From a virus (Duplodnaviria; Heunggongvirae; Uroviricota; Caudoviricetes), in IMG/VR virus record IMGVR_UViG_2648501334_000005: a stretch of 26,609 nt of DNA; one strand, given 5' to 3'. This document shows positions 1 to 11,575 of this stretch, one piece after another (the stretch's first letter is position 1; each line of letters starts with the position of its first letter). Both the position numbers and the translations under genes were made by a program. A model generated the notes under the pieces. It was not told the DNA's origin. It did no database searches and worked only from the letters and a program-made list of their open reading frames with translations.

Positions 1-132
1 GGTGGAGGTGTCCAGCATCAGCGGGGTCATTGCAGGCGCTTTCGCACTCAATCCGCCGGGCGCGGTTGCGGTATGAGCCGGGTCACTGTTGCCCAGCGGC
101 TGGTAATGGGTAAAGGTTTCTTTGCTCGTCAT
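1..132 (-). CDS. D: Head decoration protein gpD, N-terminal 44 codons only (gene runs off the window start)
   Basis: Reverse complement of 1-132 translates [44 protein letters not shown], which matches the lambda gpD N-terminus as I recall it. ATG at 132..130, 11 nt after the C stop. Not in the ORF track because it is truncated by the window edge. Confidence 0.85.
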   Translation of the reverse strand, partial: MTSKETFTHYQPLGNSDPAHTATAPGGLSAKAPAMTPLMLDTST

Positions 133-141
133 AAACATCCC

Positions 142-747
142 TTACACTGGTGTGTTCAGCAAATCGTTAACGGCATCAGATGCCGGGTTACCTGCAGCCA
201 GCGGTGCCGGTGCCCCCTGCATCAGACGATCCAGCGCAGTGTCACTGCGCGCCTGTGCACTCTGTGGTGCTGCGGCCAGAATACGGCGGGCCGTTTCCAC
301 GGTCATACCGGGGGTTTCGGCCAGCACGCATGCCTGTTCTTCGCGTCCGTGAGCCTCCTCACAGCTGAGGATCCCCATAATGCGACTGTTTTCTGCCGCA
401 ACCGCTGCGGTGATCTGCGCGTTCACGTCCGGCTGCGCCGCGCTGGCGTTCTCGCCCTCCGTCGCTGGCACCACGCCAGTAACGTCAGCCTGCGAAGCAG
501 TGGCTGAAACAGTTGTTGATTGAGTCTCTTTGGTCATTCGCCCTCCTGAGAGACGGGATTTACGTGCATCCAGTGCATCACGCATGACGGTGATCGCATC
601 GGTGCTGTTAACAAGTTCATCAGCCAGTCCGGCATCAATGGCCTCCTGACCGCTGTACACTGCAGCCTCGGTATCCAGCACAGCCTGCACAGACAGGCCG
701 GTATATGCCGACACCTTCTGCGCAAACATCTGGCGGGTTGCATCCAT
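142..747 (-). CDS. Nu3: Scaffolding protein Nu3, nested in frame in the 3' part of C (201 aa)
   Basis: Internal in-frame ATG at 747..745 gives MDATRQMFAQKVSAYTGLSVQ...DLLNTPV, corresponding to lambda Nu3, which is known to be an in-frame internal start within C. Confidence 0.6.
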   Translation of the reverse strand: MDATRQMFAQKVSAYTGLSVQAVLDTEAAVYSGQEAIDAGLADELVNSTDAITVMRDALDARKSRLSGGRMTKETQSTTVSATASQADVTGVVPATEGENASAAQPDVNAQITAAVAAENSRIMGILSCEEAHGREEQACVLAETPGMTVETARRILAAAPQSAQARSDTALDRLMQGAPAPLAAGNPASDAVNDLLNTPV

Positions 748-1441
748 CCGGGACTGCAGTGTCTCCCGGACGTCATCCAGAAGATGGCTGTAGGGGTTGC
801 CATCCACCTTATGGCTGCCGCTGTAAATCAGCGTGATTTCCACACCCTGTTTCTCCAGCGCAGCACCGTAATTACTGTGAGCCATCATGACGCCGATGGA
901 GCCTGTCCGGGCGGTCTGCGTGACCAGACGCCGGGAGGCAGCACTGGCAAGCAGCTGACCTGCACTGCAGTTCATGTCGTTGGCCAGCGCCCATACCGGT
1001 TTTATGTCACGCACACGGGCGATGATGTCAGCGCAGTCAAATGCTCCCGCCACCATTCCGCCTGGCGTGTCCATATCGAGCAGAATGCCGTCCACCATCG
1101 GATCGCTGGCAGCCTGTTGCAGACGGGCGATAATGCCGTTGTAACCGGTCATCCCCGAATACGGCTGCAGCGCCCGCGTCCGGCTGACCAGCGTGCCGGA
1201 CACCGGCAGCACGGCGATGCCGTTCATGACCTGATAACTGCGGGCCTGTCGTGGTCCGTCATCATCACCGGATAACGCCAGCGTCGCGGGTGCCTCTCCG
1301 GCAGTCAGACTGTCGCCGGATACCGCATCCGTCAGGCGGCTGATCCCAAGCTGGCCTGCAAGCGCACAAAAGAAAACCCGCGCATAGGCGGGTTCAAGCA
1401 TCAGCGGCTCATTAAAGGCCATACTGGCAATATGCGGGAGA

Positions 1442-1461
<20 letters not shown>
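142..1461 (-). CDS. C: Prohead protease / head maturation protein C (S49 ClpP-like), 439 aa
   Basis: Track ORF 142..1575. Translation from VTAELRNLPHIASMAFNEPLMLEPAYARVFF... matches lambda gpC nearly residue for residue. Start placed at GTG 1461..1459 by homology, overlapping the B stop as in lambda; the upstream 38 codons of the track ORF are treated as read-through artefact. Confidence 0.9.
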
Positions 1462-5142
<3,681 letters not shown>

Positions 5143-5168
<26 letters not shown>

Positions 5169-5688
5169 TCAGCAACCCCGGTATCAGTTCATCCAGCGCG
5201 GCTGCTTTGTTCATGGCTTTGATGATATCCCGTTTCAGGAAATCAATATGCCGGTTATCCAGCTCAGGAAAACGTCGCTGCACCGACAGAGGAATACCGT
5301 CGAGAATACTGGATATTTCCCTTGCTATACGCGACAGCACGAAAGTACAGAATGCGGTTTCCACCACTTCAGCCGATTCTTTGGCATTTTTCAGTTCCTG
5401 CGCCGTCGCCTGAGCACGGGTCAGGCGATGGCGCTCAAATTCAAGTGTTCCGGGGTGAAGATCTGCCTCGCTGGCCAGCCGCAGTTCTTCAACCTCCCGG
5501 CGCAGCTTTTCGTTCTCAATTTCAGCATCCCTTTCGGCATACCATTTTATGACGGCGGCAGAATCATAAAGCACCTCATTACCCTTGCCACCGCCTCGCA
5601 GAACGGGCATTCCCTGCTCCTGCCAGTTCTGAATGGTACGGATACTCGCACCGAAAATATCAGCCAGCTGCTTTTTGTTGACTTCCAT
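5143..5688 (-). CDS. Nu1: Terminase small subunit Nu1, 181 aa
   Basis: Track ORF. MEVNKKQLADIFGASIRTIQNWQEQGMPVLRGGGKGNEVLYDSAAVIKWYAERD... matches lambda gpNu1 (winged-helix N-terminus). Confidence 0.95.
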
Positions 5689-5699
5689 TGTTCATTCCA

Positions 5700-5880
5700 C
5701 GGACAAAAACAGAGAAAGGAAACGACAGAGGCCAAAAAGCCCGTTTTCAGCATCTGTCGTTTCCTTTCTTTTCAGGGGGTGTTTTAAATAAAAACATTAA
5801 GTTACGGCGAAGAAGAACGGAAACGCCTTAAACCGGAAAATTTTCATAAATAGCGAAAACCCGCGCGCCTTCCGCCCCGT
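5700..5880. promoter_or_regulatory. cos: cos site: lambda-like cosB (terminase/IHF binding region) plus a cosN-equivalent 12-mer at 5866-5877
   Basis: Minus-strand reading of 5700-5865 is almost identical to the lambda left end just inside cosN (CGCGGGTTTTCGCTATTTATGAAAATTTTCCGGTTTAAGGCGTTTCCGTTCTTCTTCG...), immediately upstream of Nu1. The 12-mer at the cosN position reads GGGCGGAAGGCG on the minus strand, versus lambda GGGCGGCGACCT. Confidence 0.8.
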
Positions 5881-5948
5881 AGCCTGCCGGATCGCCGGAA
5901 AGGACCCGCAAAGGTGAGAATAATTATCACTTGCATTAATATCCGGCT

Positions 5949-6120
5949 TCTTCCACCATCGCACCGGACGGGCGACTATGAGGGACAAAAACCGCGCACC
6001 ATAAACGCGGTAAAAACCCGGTGTGCATCGTTTTTGATTATTCCCACACACTCGCGCAGAAGGAGTTCCCCGTCGGGCTACGGTCATGGTTAATGCGGGA
6101 ATACAGCGACGATACAGCGC
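5949..6120. repeat. Direct repeat copy A (~172 bp), left flank of the AT-rich cassette
   Basis: Aligns by eye with 7734-7904 at roughly 85-90% identity in the same orientation, with shared blocks such as GGTAAAAACCCGGTGTGCATCGTTTTTGATTATT and AGGAGTTCCCCGTCGGGCTACGGTCATGGTTAATGCGGGAATAC. Confidence 0.75.
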
Positions 6121-6236
6121 ATGATGTGTCAGGCTTGAATACCTTTATCCGTTAAAAGGGATATCAGTTAAGTTATCCCGTGTAGGGTATAAGCCATTAT
6201 CAAAGCCACTCAGTAGCGAATGGCTTTTGTAATGGA

Positions 6237-6686
6237 CTATTTAATTAGTGATGCTGCGTATTCGATTAGATATAACTTAGGTGCCAGCCAAATTTTTAAC
6301 CATGTCATATTGGCTACTACAGAAATAATAAAACTGAACCATAGAATAAAAACTGCTACTAATGGCAAGACAAAACCACTTAACCTACCGTCACTTTCCC
6401 AAATCATAGTCGGTTTGTATTTAGGCTGTCCATTATCACATGAGCGTCCTTCATTATCGAACTTACCAATTTCAACTTTTTTGCACTGTTTCTTCATAAA
6501 CCAAATAACCAGCGGGATTGTTGAAATGGCTATTAATGTTTTAATCAGGCTATCAACCATATTCCATACCAGCAACTGATGAACAACATCCGGAATCTGA
6601 GCCTGACTGAATGCAATGGCGGAATCAATTCCATCGCTGGCCTTCTTCAATAAATCAACAAGAATTTTATTTGCTTCTTCTTGCAT
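6237..6686 (-). CDS. Hypothetical small membrane protein, 149 aa, two predicted TM helices; second gene of the AT-rich cassette
   Basis: Track ORF with ATG at 6686..6684. Hydrophobic stretches LIKTLIAISTIPLVIWFM and LSGFVLPLVAVFILWFSFIISVVANM. Visibly AT-rich compared with the flanking lambda-like DNA. No family recognised. Confidence 0.6.
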   Translation of the reverse strand: MQEEANKILVDLLKKASDGIDSAIAFSQAQIPDVVHQLLVWNMVDSLIKTLIAISTIPLVIWFMKKQCKKVEIGKFDNEGRSCDNGQPKYKPTMIWESDGRLSGFVLPLVAVFILWFSFIISVVANMTWLKIWLAPKLYLIEYAASLIK

Positions 6687-6810
6687 ATTTATATCCTGTA
6701 AGTTGTAAGCCTGTTCGAAAAAAAATAAACAACTACGAGAGACAGAAAAAATATCTCAGGCTCTCTTTCTATAAGCTTTTAGTTGAGGATGTTCTGCAAA
6801 ACAAAACTGG

Positions 6811-7671
6811 TTAGTTATGTAACTGCTTCCGGAATACAACAGCCGACGTGCTACAACGTAAAATTCGCTTGATTGTGGCAGTTGAGGAAACAGACTTGCA
6901 TTTCTCAACATCATCAATAATGACCACATCCGGTACAGGAATGACGCGGGTATGCAATGTTTTTGCACTAATAACATCACAGCCATTCAGTGGTCGAATA
7001 TCTGCATCTTCAGGCACTACCAGAAGCACACGTTTTTCCGGTGCAGAAAAGCCAGCAGCAAGAGTGCGTGACAATAAAGTCATTCCGCTGCGTGGCTTCA
7101 TACAAATTTCAGAAATATGATTCTTTTCGTCCAAATGATGCTGGACATCATTTTTATCATCACTCAACAACTCTGCTGTTAATACAATCCCTGCTGTCTC
7201 AGATTTCCAGGAAATGCTGATATCCTGATCATCTGCATCAACATCATATTTCATCGAGTAAGGACTAAAGCTACGTCCAACGAACGCATCATTTACCAGT
7301 ACACGCCCACCCTGTCTGACCTGAAAGTCAACGCGCCCTGAAAGCTGATTTGCTGTTACAAGCAATGCCTTTTTTCTTTTTGTTTTATTGCTCATTGCCA
7401 CCAACTGTTCAGCCATCTCTCTTGTCACACTACCAGAAACTCTTTCTTGAATTTTCACAGAAAATTTTCTGGATGTAGTAGCATCGACATTAAAAAATCT
7501 GGATGTCATCAGGCAGTTATTAACAATTGGCATCAGCTCACTTACGATTGTAAAAAATTCCCGGTAAAGCTCATTTTGCTTTTCAACACACAGCTTTCCA
7601 CAATCGTCCAGCTTACGCTCAAGAGCACTTAACCTTTCCATTATTGAATTAATTTTTTGCAACTCTTTCAT
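6811..7671 (-). CDS. Hypothetical protein, 286 aa, coiled-coil-like N-terminus; first gene of the AT-rich cassette
   Basis: Track ORF 6811..7932 trimmed to ATG 7671..7669 (MKELQKINSIMERLSALERKLDD...), which has an AGGAGG Shine-Dalgarno 5 nt upstream (plus 7677-7682). The upstream extension (MRPWSH...) runs through the repeat and palindrome and is not coding. No family recognised. Confidence 0.65.
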   Translation of the reverse strand: MKELQKINSIMERLSALERKLDDCGKLCVEKQNELYREFFTIVSELMPIVNNCLMTSRFFNVDATTSRKFSVKIQERVSGSVTREMAEQLVAMSNKTKRKKALLVTANQLSGRVDFQVRQGGRVLVNDAFVGRSFSPYSMKYDVDADDQDISISWKSETAGIVLTAELLSDDKNDVQHHLDEKNHISEICMKPRSGMTLLSRTLAAGFSAPEKRVLLVVPEDADIRPLNGCDVISAKTLHTRVIPVPDVVIIDDVEKCKSVSSTATIKRILRCSTSAVVFRKQLHN

Positions 7672-7694
7672 CAAAACCTCCTGACAAAGATACC

Positions 7695-7712
7695 GTGCGA
7701 CCACGGTCGCAC
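7695..7712. promoter_or_regulatory. sopC-like 18-bp palindrome GTGCGACCACGGTCGCAC, copy 1 (candidate SopB centromere site)
   Basis: Near-perfect inverted repeat with arms TGCGACC/GGTCGCA, differing in one arm position from the F sopC core TGGGACCACGGTCCCA as I recall it. Lies 24 bp upstream of the 286-aa gene start. Confidence 0.5.
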
Positions 7713-7733
7713 GCTCCTGAATACATGCCCTGT

Positions 7734-7904
7734 TTCTTCCACCCTCGCACAGGACTGGCGAGCATGAGGGACAAACCCGCGAATCATTAGCACGGTAAAA
7801 ACCCGGTGTGCATCGTTTTTGATTATTTCCGCACACTCGCGCATAGGAGTTCCCCGTCGGGCTACGGTCATGGTTAATGCGGGAATACGGCGACGATGCA
7901 GCGC
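7734..7904. repeat. Direct repeat copy B (~171 bp), right flank of the AT-rich cassette
   Basis: Partner of 5949-6120. Bracketed by palindrome copies 1 and 2. Confidence 0.75.
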
Positions 7905-7914
7905 GGAATTTAGC

Positions 7915-7932
7915 GTGCGACCACGGTCGCAC
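7915..7932. promoter_or_regulatory. sopC-like 18-bp palindrome GTGCGACCACGGTCGCAC, copy 2
   Basis: Identical to copy 1. Lies between repeat B and the DUF4406-like gene. Confidence 0.5.
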
Positions 7933-7951
7933 ACGAGAAACAAAGAGATTT

Positions 7952-8263
7952 TTATACTGCAGAGGAACAAGCTGGCGGGTAATTCAGCGTAGTGAATACC
8001 GGCATATCCATCTTGTATGCGTAATGATACTCAGCAGTTGCTCCAGCAGACGCTTTCCAGCCAGGAAGCATCAAAATAGCATCAGCACAACGAAGCATTG
8101 CAAAGCAAATATCCATGTATTCACGTTGCGTCAGACCATTAGGCAAAGTGGCTGGATTCAAGACAGAGTGACCATGTCGTGACAAACGATCTGCCTCTTT
8201 ATTAAAGGCGTCACGATTAAAGTTCTCATATCCCGTCATTGGCCCGGCAATATAAATTTTCAT
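7952..8263 (-). CDS. DUF4406-like (nucleoside 2-deoxyribosyltransferase-like) small protein, 103 aa
   Basis: Track ORF. N-terminal MKIYIAGPMTGYENFNRDAF motif is typical of the DUF4406 family common in prophages. Confidence 0.65.
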   Translation of the reverse strand: MKIYIAGPMTGYENFNRDAFNKEADRLSRHGHSVLNPATLPNGLTQREYMDICFAMLRCADAILMLPGWKASAGATAEYHYAYKMDMPVFTTLNYPPACSSAV

Positions 8264-8304
8264 TCACTATCCAACAAATTGAGCTCGTTTTTGATATAGA
8301 GGGA

Positions 8305-8742
8305 TTAATTCAGGCATTGCGTCTTGATGTATTCCTGCAAGTAGTTAACCTGCGCAGTTATCCTGTCGATCCCACTTCGGAGACGGTAATAATTGAGTTC
8401 AGCATCTGCTGTAAGTCTTGGGCTTTCTCCATTGCCCATGCCGCTGGCTCCGGTCGTTGACTTTGCACAGGTGGCGGCGACTTGCAGGCGCTTACGCCCA
8501 GCAGAAACATCAGCACGGAGGCTTTCGATAGTCGCGTTAGCATCAGCAAGCTCCTTTGTATATCTGGCATCGAGTTCTGCTACGTCACGTTGACGCTTCT
8601 GCATATCAGCGATTGTGGATGTGGCTTTATCACGCTGCTCTTTGTAGGCGATGGCGTTATCACGGTAATGATTAACAGCCCACGACAGGCAGATGATGAT
8701 GCAGATAACCAGACCGGAGATAATCGCGGTTACCCTGCTCAT
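8305..8742 (-). CDS. Rz: Rz i-spanin (inner-membrane spanin), 145 aa
   Basis: Track ORF 8305..8754. [39 protein letters not shown]... resembles lambda Rz (N-terminal TM helix, then coiled coil). Start placed at ATG 8742..8740, which overlaps the R stop as ATGA, like lambda. Confidence 0.85.
   Translation of the reverse strand: MSRVTAIISGLVICIIICLSWAVNHYRDNAIAYKEQRDKATSTIADMQKRQRDVAELDARYTKELADANATIESLRADVSAGRKRLQVAATCAKSTTGASGMGNGESPRLTADAELNYYRLRSGIDRITAQVNYLQEYIKTQCLN
8358..8543 (-). CDS. Rz1: Rz1 o-spanin lipoprotein embedded in Rz in the +1 frame
   Basis: Track ORF 8358..8570 lies wholly inside Rz in another frame. Lipoprotein-like signal [10 protein letters not shown] followed by a proline-rich stretch [16 protein letters not shown]. 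Start is uncertain (Met at 8570 or at 8543). Confidence 0.6.
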   Translation of the reverse strand: MLTRLSKASVLMFLLGVSACKSPPPVQSQRPEPAAWAMEKAQDLQQMLNSIITVSEVGSTG

Positions 8743-9239
8743 TGTTGACCCCACAAACAGACTTCACGCTCAATCTCACGACGAGTCATCAGGCCTTTCC
8801 ATTGCTTACCGCCAGCAGATATCCAGCGACGTAGCTGATCACATGCGCCTTTGATATCGCCCTGGTTTATTTTGCGAAGAAGCGTCGATGTTCTGAAATT
8901 ACCAGCGCCCACGTTATAGACGAACGAATAAAGAGCGCCGCGCGTTGTTTCCGGTATATCGACTTTGATGTACGGGTTAATTTGTCTGGCGACAGTGGCA
9001 AGGTCTTTATTCAGGAGAGCTTTGCATTCTGCTTCGGTATACGTTTTACCTAGCATGATGTCTTTTCCAGTGTGTCCGTAACATACAGTCCATACACCAA
9101 CAATATCTTTGTATGGTATGTAACTGACACCTTCCAGACCATCGTTACCACTTGGGCCAGTGATGAGCATAGACGCTATGGCAATAGCCCCGCCACCAAT
9201 AGCAGCTGTGACAGCTTTGCGTAATGATGACTGCATCAT
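8739..9239 (-). CDS. R: SAR endolysin (T4-lysozyme family, GH24) with N-terminal signal-anchor-release domain, 166 aa
   Basis: Track ORF. Glycine/alanine-rich weakly hydrophobic N-terminus [20 protein letters not shown], followed by a catalytic region [25 protein letters not shown] with E/D/T spacing like phage 21 / P1 lysozymes. Confidence 0.9.
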   Translation of the reverse strand: MMQSSLRKAVTAAIGGGAIAIASMLITGPSGNDGLEGVSYIPYKDIVGVWTVCYGHTGKDIMLGKTYTEAECKALLNKDLATVARQINPYIKVDIPETTRGALYSFVYNVGAGNFRTSTLLRKINQGDIKGACDQLRRWISAGGKQWKGLMTRREIEREVCLWGQQ

Positions 9240-9508
9240 ATTTCCTTCGGTGCTCTCTTCCCCAGCTCTCCAATAACCATCGCTGTAGCAGAAAGATTAT
9301 TGGTATTAGTTTTATCCAACATGTCCTGCAATATCTTCGTGCGCTTCATCTGCTCGCGTTTATTGAGCCGGTATGTAAGCACACCGAGGATAATGCTGAA
9401 CGCGACACCGATAATGAAGCCCCAATCCTGCAATGACAGGCTGGCAAAGAACGCAGCAAGACCAGCGCTACCATAAGATGCACTGCTGTATCGTTCATCC
9501 ATCTTCAT
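9236..9508 (-). CDS. S: Holin, class II pinholin-like (two TM domains), dual-start MKM motif, 90 aa
   Basis: Track ORF directly upstream of the SAR endolysin, with its stop overlapping the R start. Two hydrophobic segments ([32 protein letters not shown]) and a charged C-terminus. Architecture resembles phage 21 S21. Confidence 0.7.
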   Translation of the reverse strand: MKMDERYSSASYGSAGLAAFFASLSLQDWGFIIGVAFSIILGVLTYRLNKREQMKRTKILQDMLDKTNTNNLSATAMVIGELGKRAPKEI

Positions 9509-9603
9509 ATCTCTTACCTCGCAATAGTTGCTGAGGTTTCGGCTTGGAAACTATATGGCGAAAATAACCCCTACCAAAAACGGCAGGGGAATATATTCTC
9601 CAG

Positions 9604-10680
9604 TTACTCAAATAACTTTTTCACTTCATCAACTGTCTGAAGATAACGTTCGCCCTCAATCTCAATACCTATTGCCTGACGCCCTAACTTCAGCGCAGCT
9701 TTAATAGTTGAGCCTGATCCCATAAAGAAATCGGCAACGATATCTCCGGGGCGTGAACTACTCTTTATAATATGTTCCATCATCGCTGCAGGTTTTTCAC
9801 ATGGGTGCTTGCCAGGATAATATTGCACAGGAGGAAACTCCCATACATCGGTATAAGGTACATCAGCAGTAACATGAAATGGACGGCGTAAATTTTCATA
9901 CTGAGCCTTCAAATCATCATACTGCTTCTTTACTTCCTCATAATGCAATTTCAGATCGCTATAACGCTTTTCATGTTCTGAATAATCAACATTAAAAGGA
10001 TATGGACACGGGACACCGAGTGAATCTGCCTTCCTGCGAAATAATTCGCATAGTTTATTAAAATCAATTAATGATGGAAGCCGCCACTGCGAATAAGAAA
10101 ACCAGTGTGAACACATCTGCTTTCCTGTCGCTGAATTAATGTCTGCGGCTGATATATCTAACTGACGGCGAGCCAGCGAAAAAGCATCAATTAGTGGAGA
10201 AAAAATATTTTTTCTTAAATCTGCACATTTTGAAGCATAACCTGACTGACCTTTAGCATAACCTGACGCGCCGTAATGCTCTGCAAATAATATTCTTTCA
10301 GTAGCAGGAAAATAAGCCCTTAAACTTTCTTTATGACAACCGCGCCACATACCACTGGGTTTAGCCCAAATGATATGGTTCAGAACATTGAAACGGTCGC
10401 GAGTTAATAATTCAATTTTTGACGCAAGGCGAGAGCCGGTAAACATATACAGGCTGCCATTAGGGGCCAATATCCGCCAAAATTCTGCCAAAAATTCGTC
10501 AATCCACCCCAAAAAGTCAGCATCGCTATCCCACTGGTTATCCCATGCGTTAGCCTTTACGCCGAAGTATGGTGGGTCTGTTGCAATCAAATTGACCGAG
10601 TTATCAGGGATGGTTTTGATAAATTGCAGAGAATCTGCGCAAACGAGTTGTGCGCCATGAATATTAGTGGTTTTGAACAT
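9604..10680 (-). CDS. DNA methyltransferase (N6-adenine or N4-cytosine, beta-class motif order), probable orphan MTase, 358 aa
   Basis: Track ORF 9604..10725 trimmed to ATG 10680..10678 (MFKTTNIHGAQLVCADSL...). DPPY motif (IATDPPYFG) near the N-terminus and an AdoMet-binding FxGxG motif (DFFMGSGST) near the C-terminus. No adjacent restriction enzyme gene. Confidence 0.85.
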   Translation of the reverse strand: MFKTTNIHGAQLVCADSLQFIKTIPDNSVNLIATDPPYFGVKANAWDNQWDSDADFLGWIDEFLAEFWRILAPNGSLYMFTGSRLASKIELLTRDRFNVLNHIIWAKPSGMWRGCHKESLRAYFPATERILFAEHYGASGYAKGQSGYASKCADLRKNIFSPLIDAFSLARRQLDISAADINSATGKQMCSHWFSYSQWRLPSLIDFNKLCELFRRKADSLGVPCPYPFNVDYSEHEKRYSDLKLHYEEVKKQYDDLKAQYENLRRPFHVTADVPYTDVWEFPPVQYYPGKHPCEKPAAMMEHIIKSSSRPGDIVADFFMGSGSTIKAALKLGRQAIGIEIEGERYLQTVDEVKKLFE

Positions 10681-10815
10681 AGCTATTATTTTTTTGCCTG
10701 GGTAAGCTAACCCGGCGATGCGCATCGCGGGTGGGCTTTAGGTTCAGCCTATAGCTCTGGCATGGGTTGACCGCAGGACAAGCTGCAACTTGTCCTGCGC
10801 CCACTTTTCAGGCAC

Positions 10816-10838
10816 AAAAAAACCGCCATAAAGGCGGC
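10816..10838 (-). terminator. Intrinsic terminator, tR'-like, upstream of the methyltransferase and lysis genes
   Basis: Minus strand reads AAGCCGCCTTTATGGCGGTTTTTTT: a GC stem, 5-nt loop and 7-U tract. Confidence 0.5.
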
Positions 10839-10924
10839 TTGTTGGCTGTTGGGTACAAAAAACCCAACTTAACAAAACAATAACTAAAAACCGTCATTTT
10901 GCCAAGCTTTTTCGTTTTTGTGCT

Positions 10925-10942
10925 GTGCGACCGTGGTCGCAC
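10925..10942. promoter_or_regulatory. sopC-like 18-bp palindrome GTGCGACCGTGGTCGCAC, copy 3
   Basis: Same arms as copies 1 and 2 with the centre inverted. Lies in the intergenic region between the 75-aa ORF and the tR'-like terminator. Confidence 0.5.
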
Positions 10943-10947
10943 AGCTT

Positions 10948-11175
10948 TTAGAAAGTTGCCTGCTTATATTCATCGGTCAAAGAATATCGACCAGATCCGC
11001 TACGCTTTGCAACCCCAAAACAAATCATCTGTTCGATGATAAATTCAACGGCAGCTTGACTCAAAAAACAGGCTTCGCTTAACTCTTTCAGGGAAATGCG
11101 TGGGTATCCACGCATAACACATTCCACACTCAGGGCCGCTTCAGTCATATTTCCACGAATTTCATTAATATTCAT
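10948..11175 (-). CDS. Hypothetical protein, 75 aa
   Basis: Track ORF in an operon-like array. No family recognised. Confidence 0.4.
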   Translation of the reverse strand: MNINEIRGNMTEAALSVECVMRGYPRISLKELSEACFLSQAAVEFIIEQMICFGVAKRSGSGRYSLTDEYKQATF

Positions 11176-11188
11176 AACGCCTCTCTAA

Positions 11189-11428
11189 TCAATCTTGAAA
11201 CTGGAAATCAACATCAGCCATAAAGCGGTTCAACTCAGCCAGTTTTGGCCCCATAGTCCCAACTAAGCGACCAGCCAGTCGGTCTGTTAGGTTGGTACTG
11301 TTGAAACCATATTCCTTTTCGAAACGTTCAACCTTCTGCCACAACTCATACAGTTCGTTAGCTATCTCCGCAACGTCGTCGCGCATTTTTTCGTTACCTT
11401 GATAATTCATAATATCCTCCAAATTCAT
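11189..11428 (-). CDS. Hypothetical protein, 79 aa
   Basis: Track ORF. No family recognised. Confidence 0.4.
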   Translation of the reverse strand: MNLEDIMNYQGNEKMRDDVAEIANELYELWQKVERFEKEYGFNSTNLTDRLAGRLVGTMGPKLAELNRFMADVDFQFQD

Positions 11429-11575
11429 ATAGTTAGTGGGTTATTGCCCCTCAATGACACGAACTGTAACTCTGCCAAACGAACACATCCAGTGTTATTT
11501 TTCGCTTTTTAGTGAAATTTTTAATTTGCGCTGTTTTCTTGTTTTGGTGTATTTTATGGATATGGAGGCTATAAT

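Noticed and set aside
5797-6087. Track ORF 5797..6087 (96 aa) spanning cos and direct repeat A
   Set aside because: It runs through the cos site and the repeat, has an odd basic/Cys composition, and its sequence similarity to the other copy is explained by the DNA repeat rather than by a protein family.
6220-6579. Plus-strand ORF 6220..6579 (119 aa) overlapping the two-TM cassette gene
   Set aside because: Antisense to a minus-strand ORF with a clear start and TM architecture; AT-rich DNA gives long open frames only by chance less often, but there is no ribosome-binding site or recognisable feature.
7671-7970. Track ORF 7671..7970 (99 aa) and the N-terminal extension of ORF 6811..7932 (MRPWSH...)
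   Set aside because: Both are open frames through direct repeat B and palindrome copies 1 and 2. The real start of the cassette gene is the ATG at 7671 with an AGGAGG ribosome-binding site. The recurring RPWSH / ATVVAQ peptides are just translations of the 18-bp palindrome.
8393-8748. Plus-strand ORFs 8393..8593 and 8482..8748 within the Rz/Rz1 region
   Set aside because: Antisense to the spanin genes; no start context. The genuine embedded gene here is Rz1 on the minus strand.
10700-10950. Possible tRNA gene between the accessory block and the lysis genes, as found in some lambdoid and Stx phages
   Set aside because: The hairpins here do not assemble into a cloverleaf with T-loop/D-loop signatures (no GTTCNANNC-type T-loop); better explained as terminator and regulatory palindromes.
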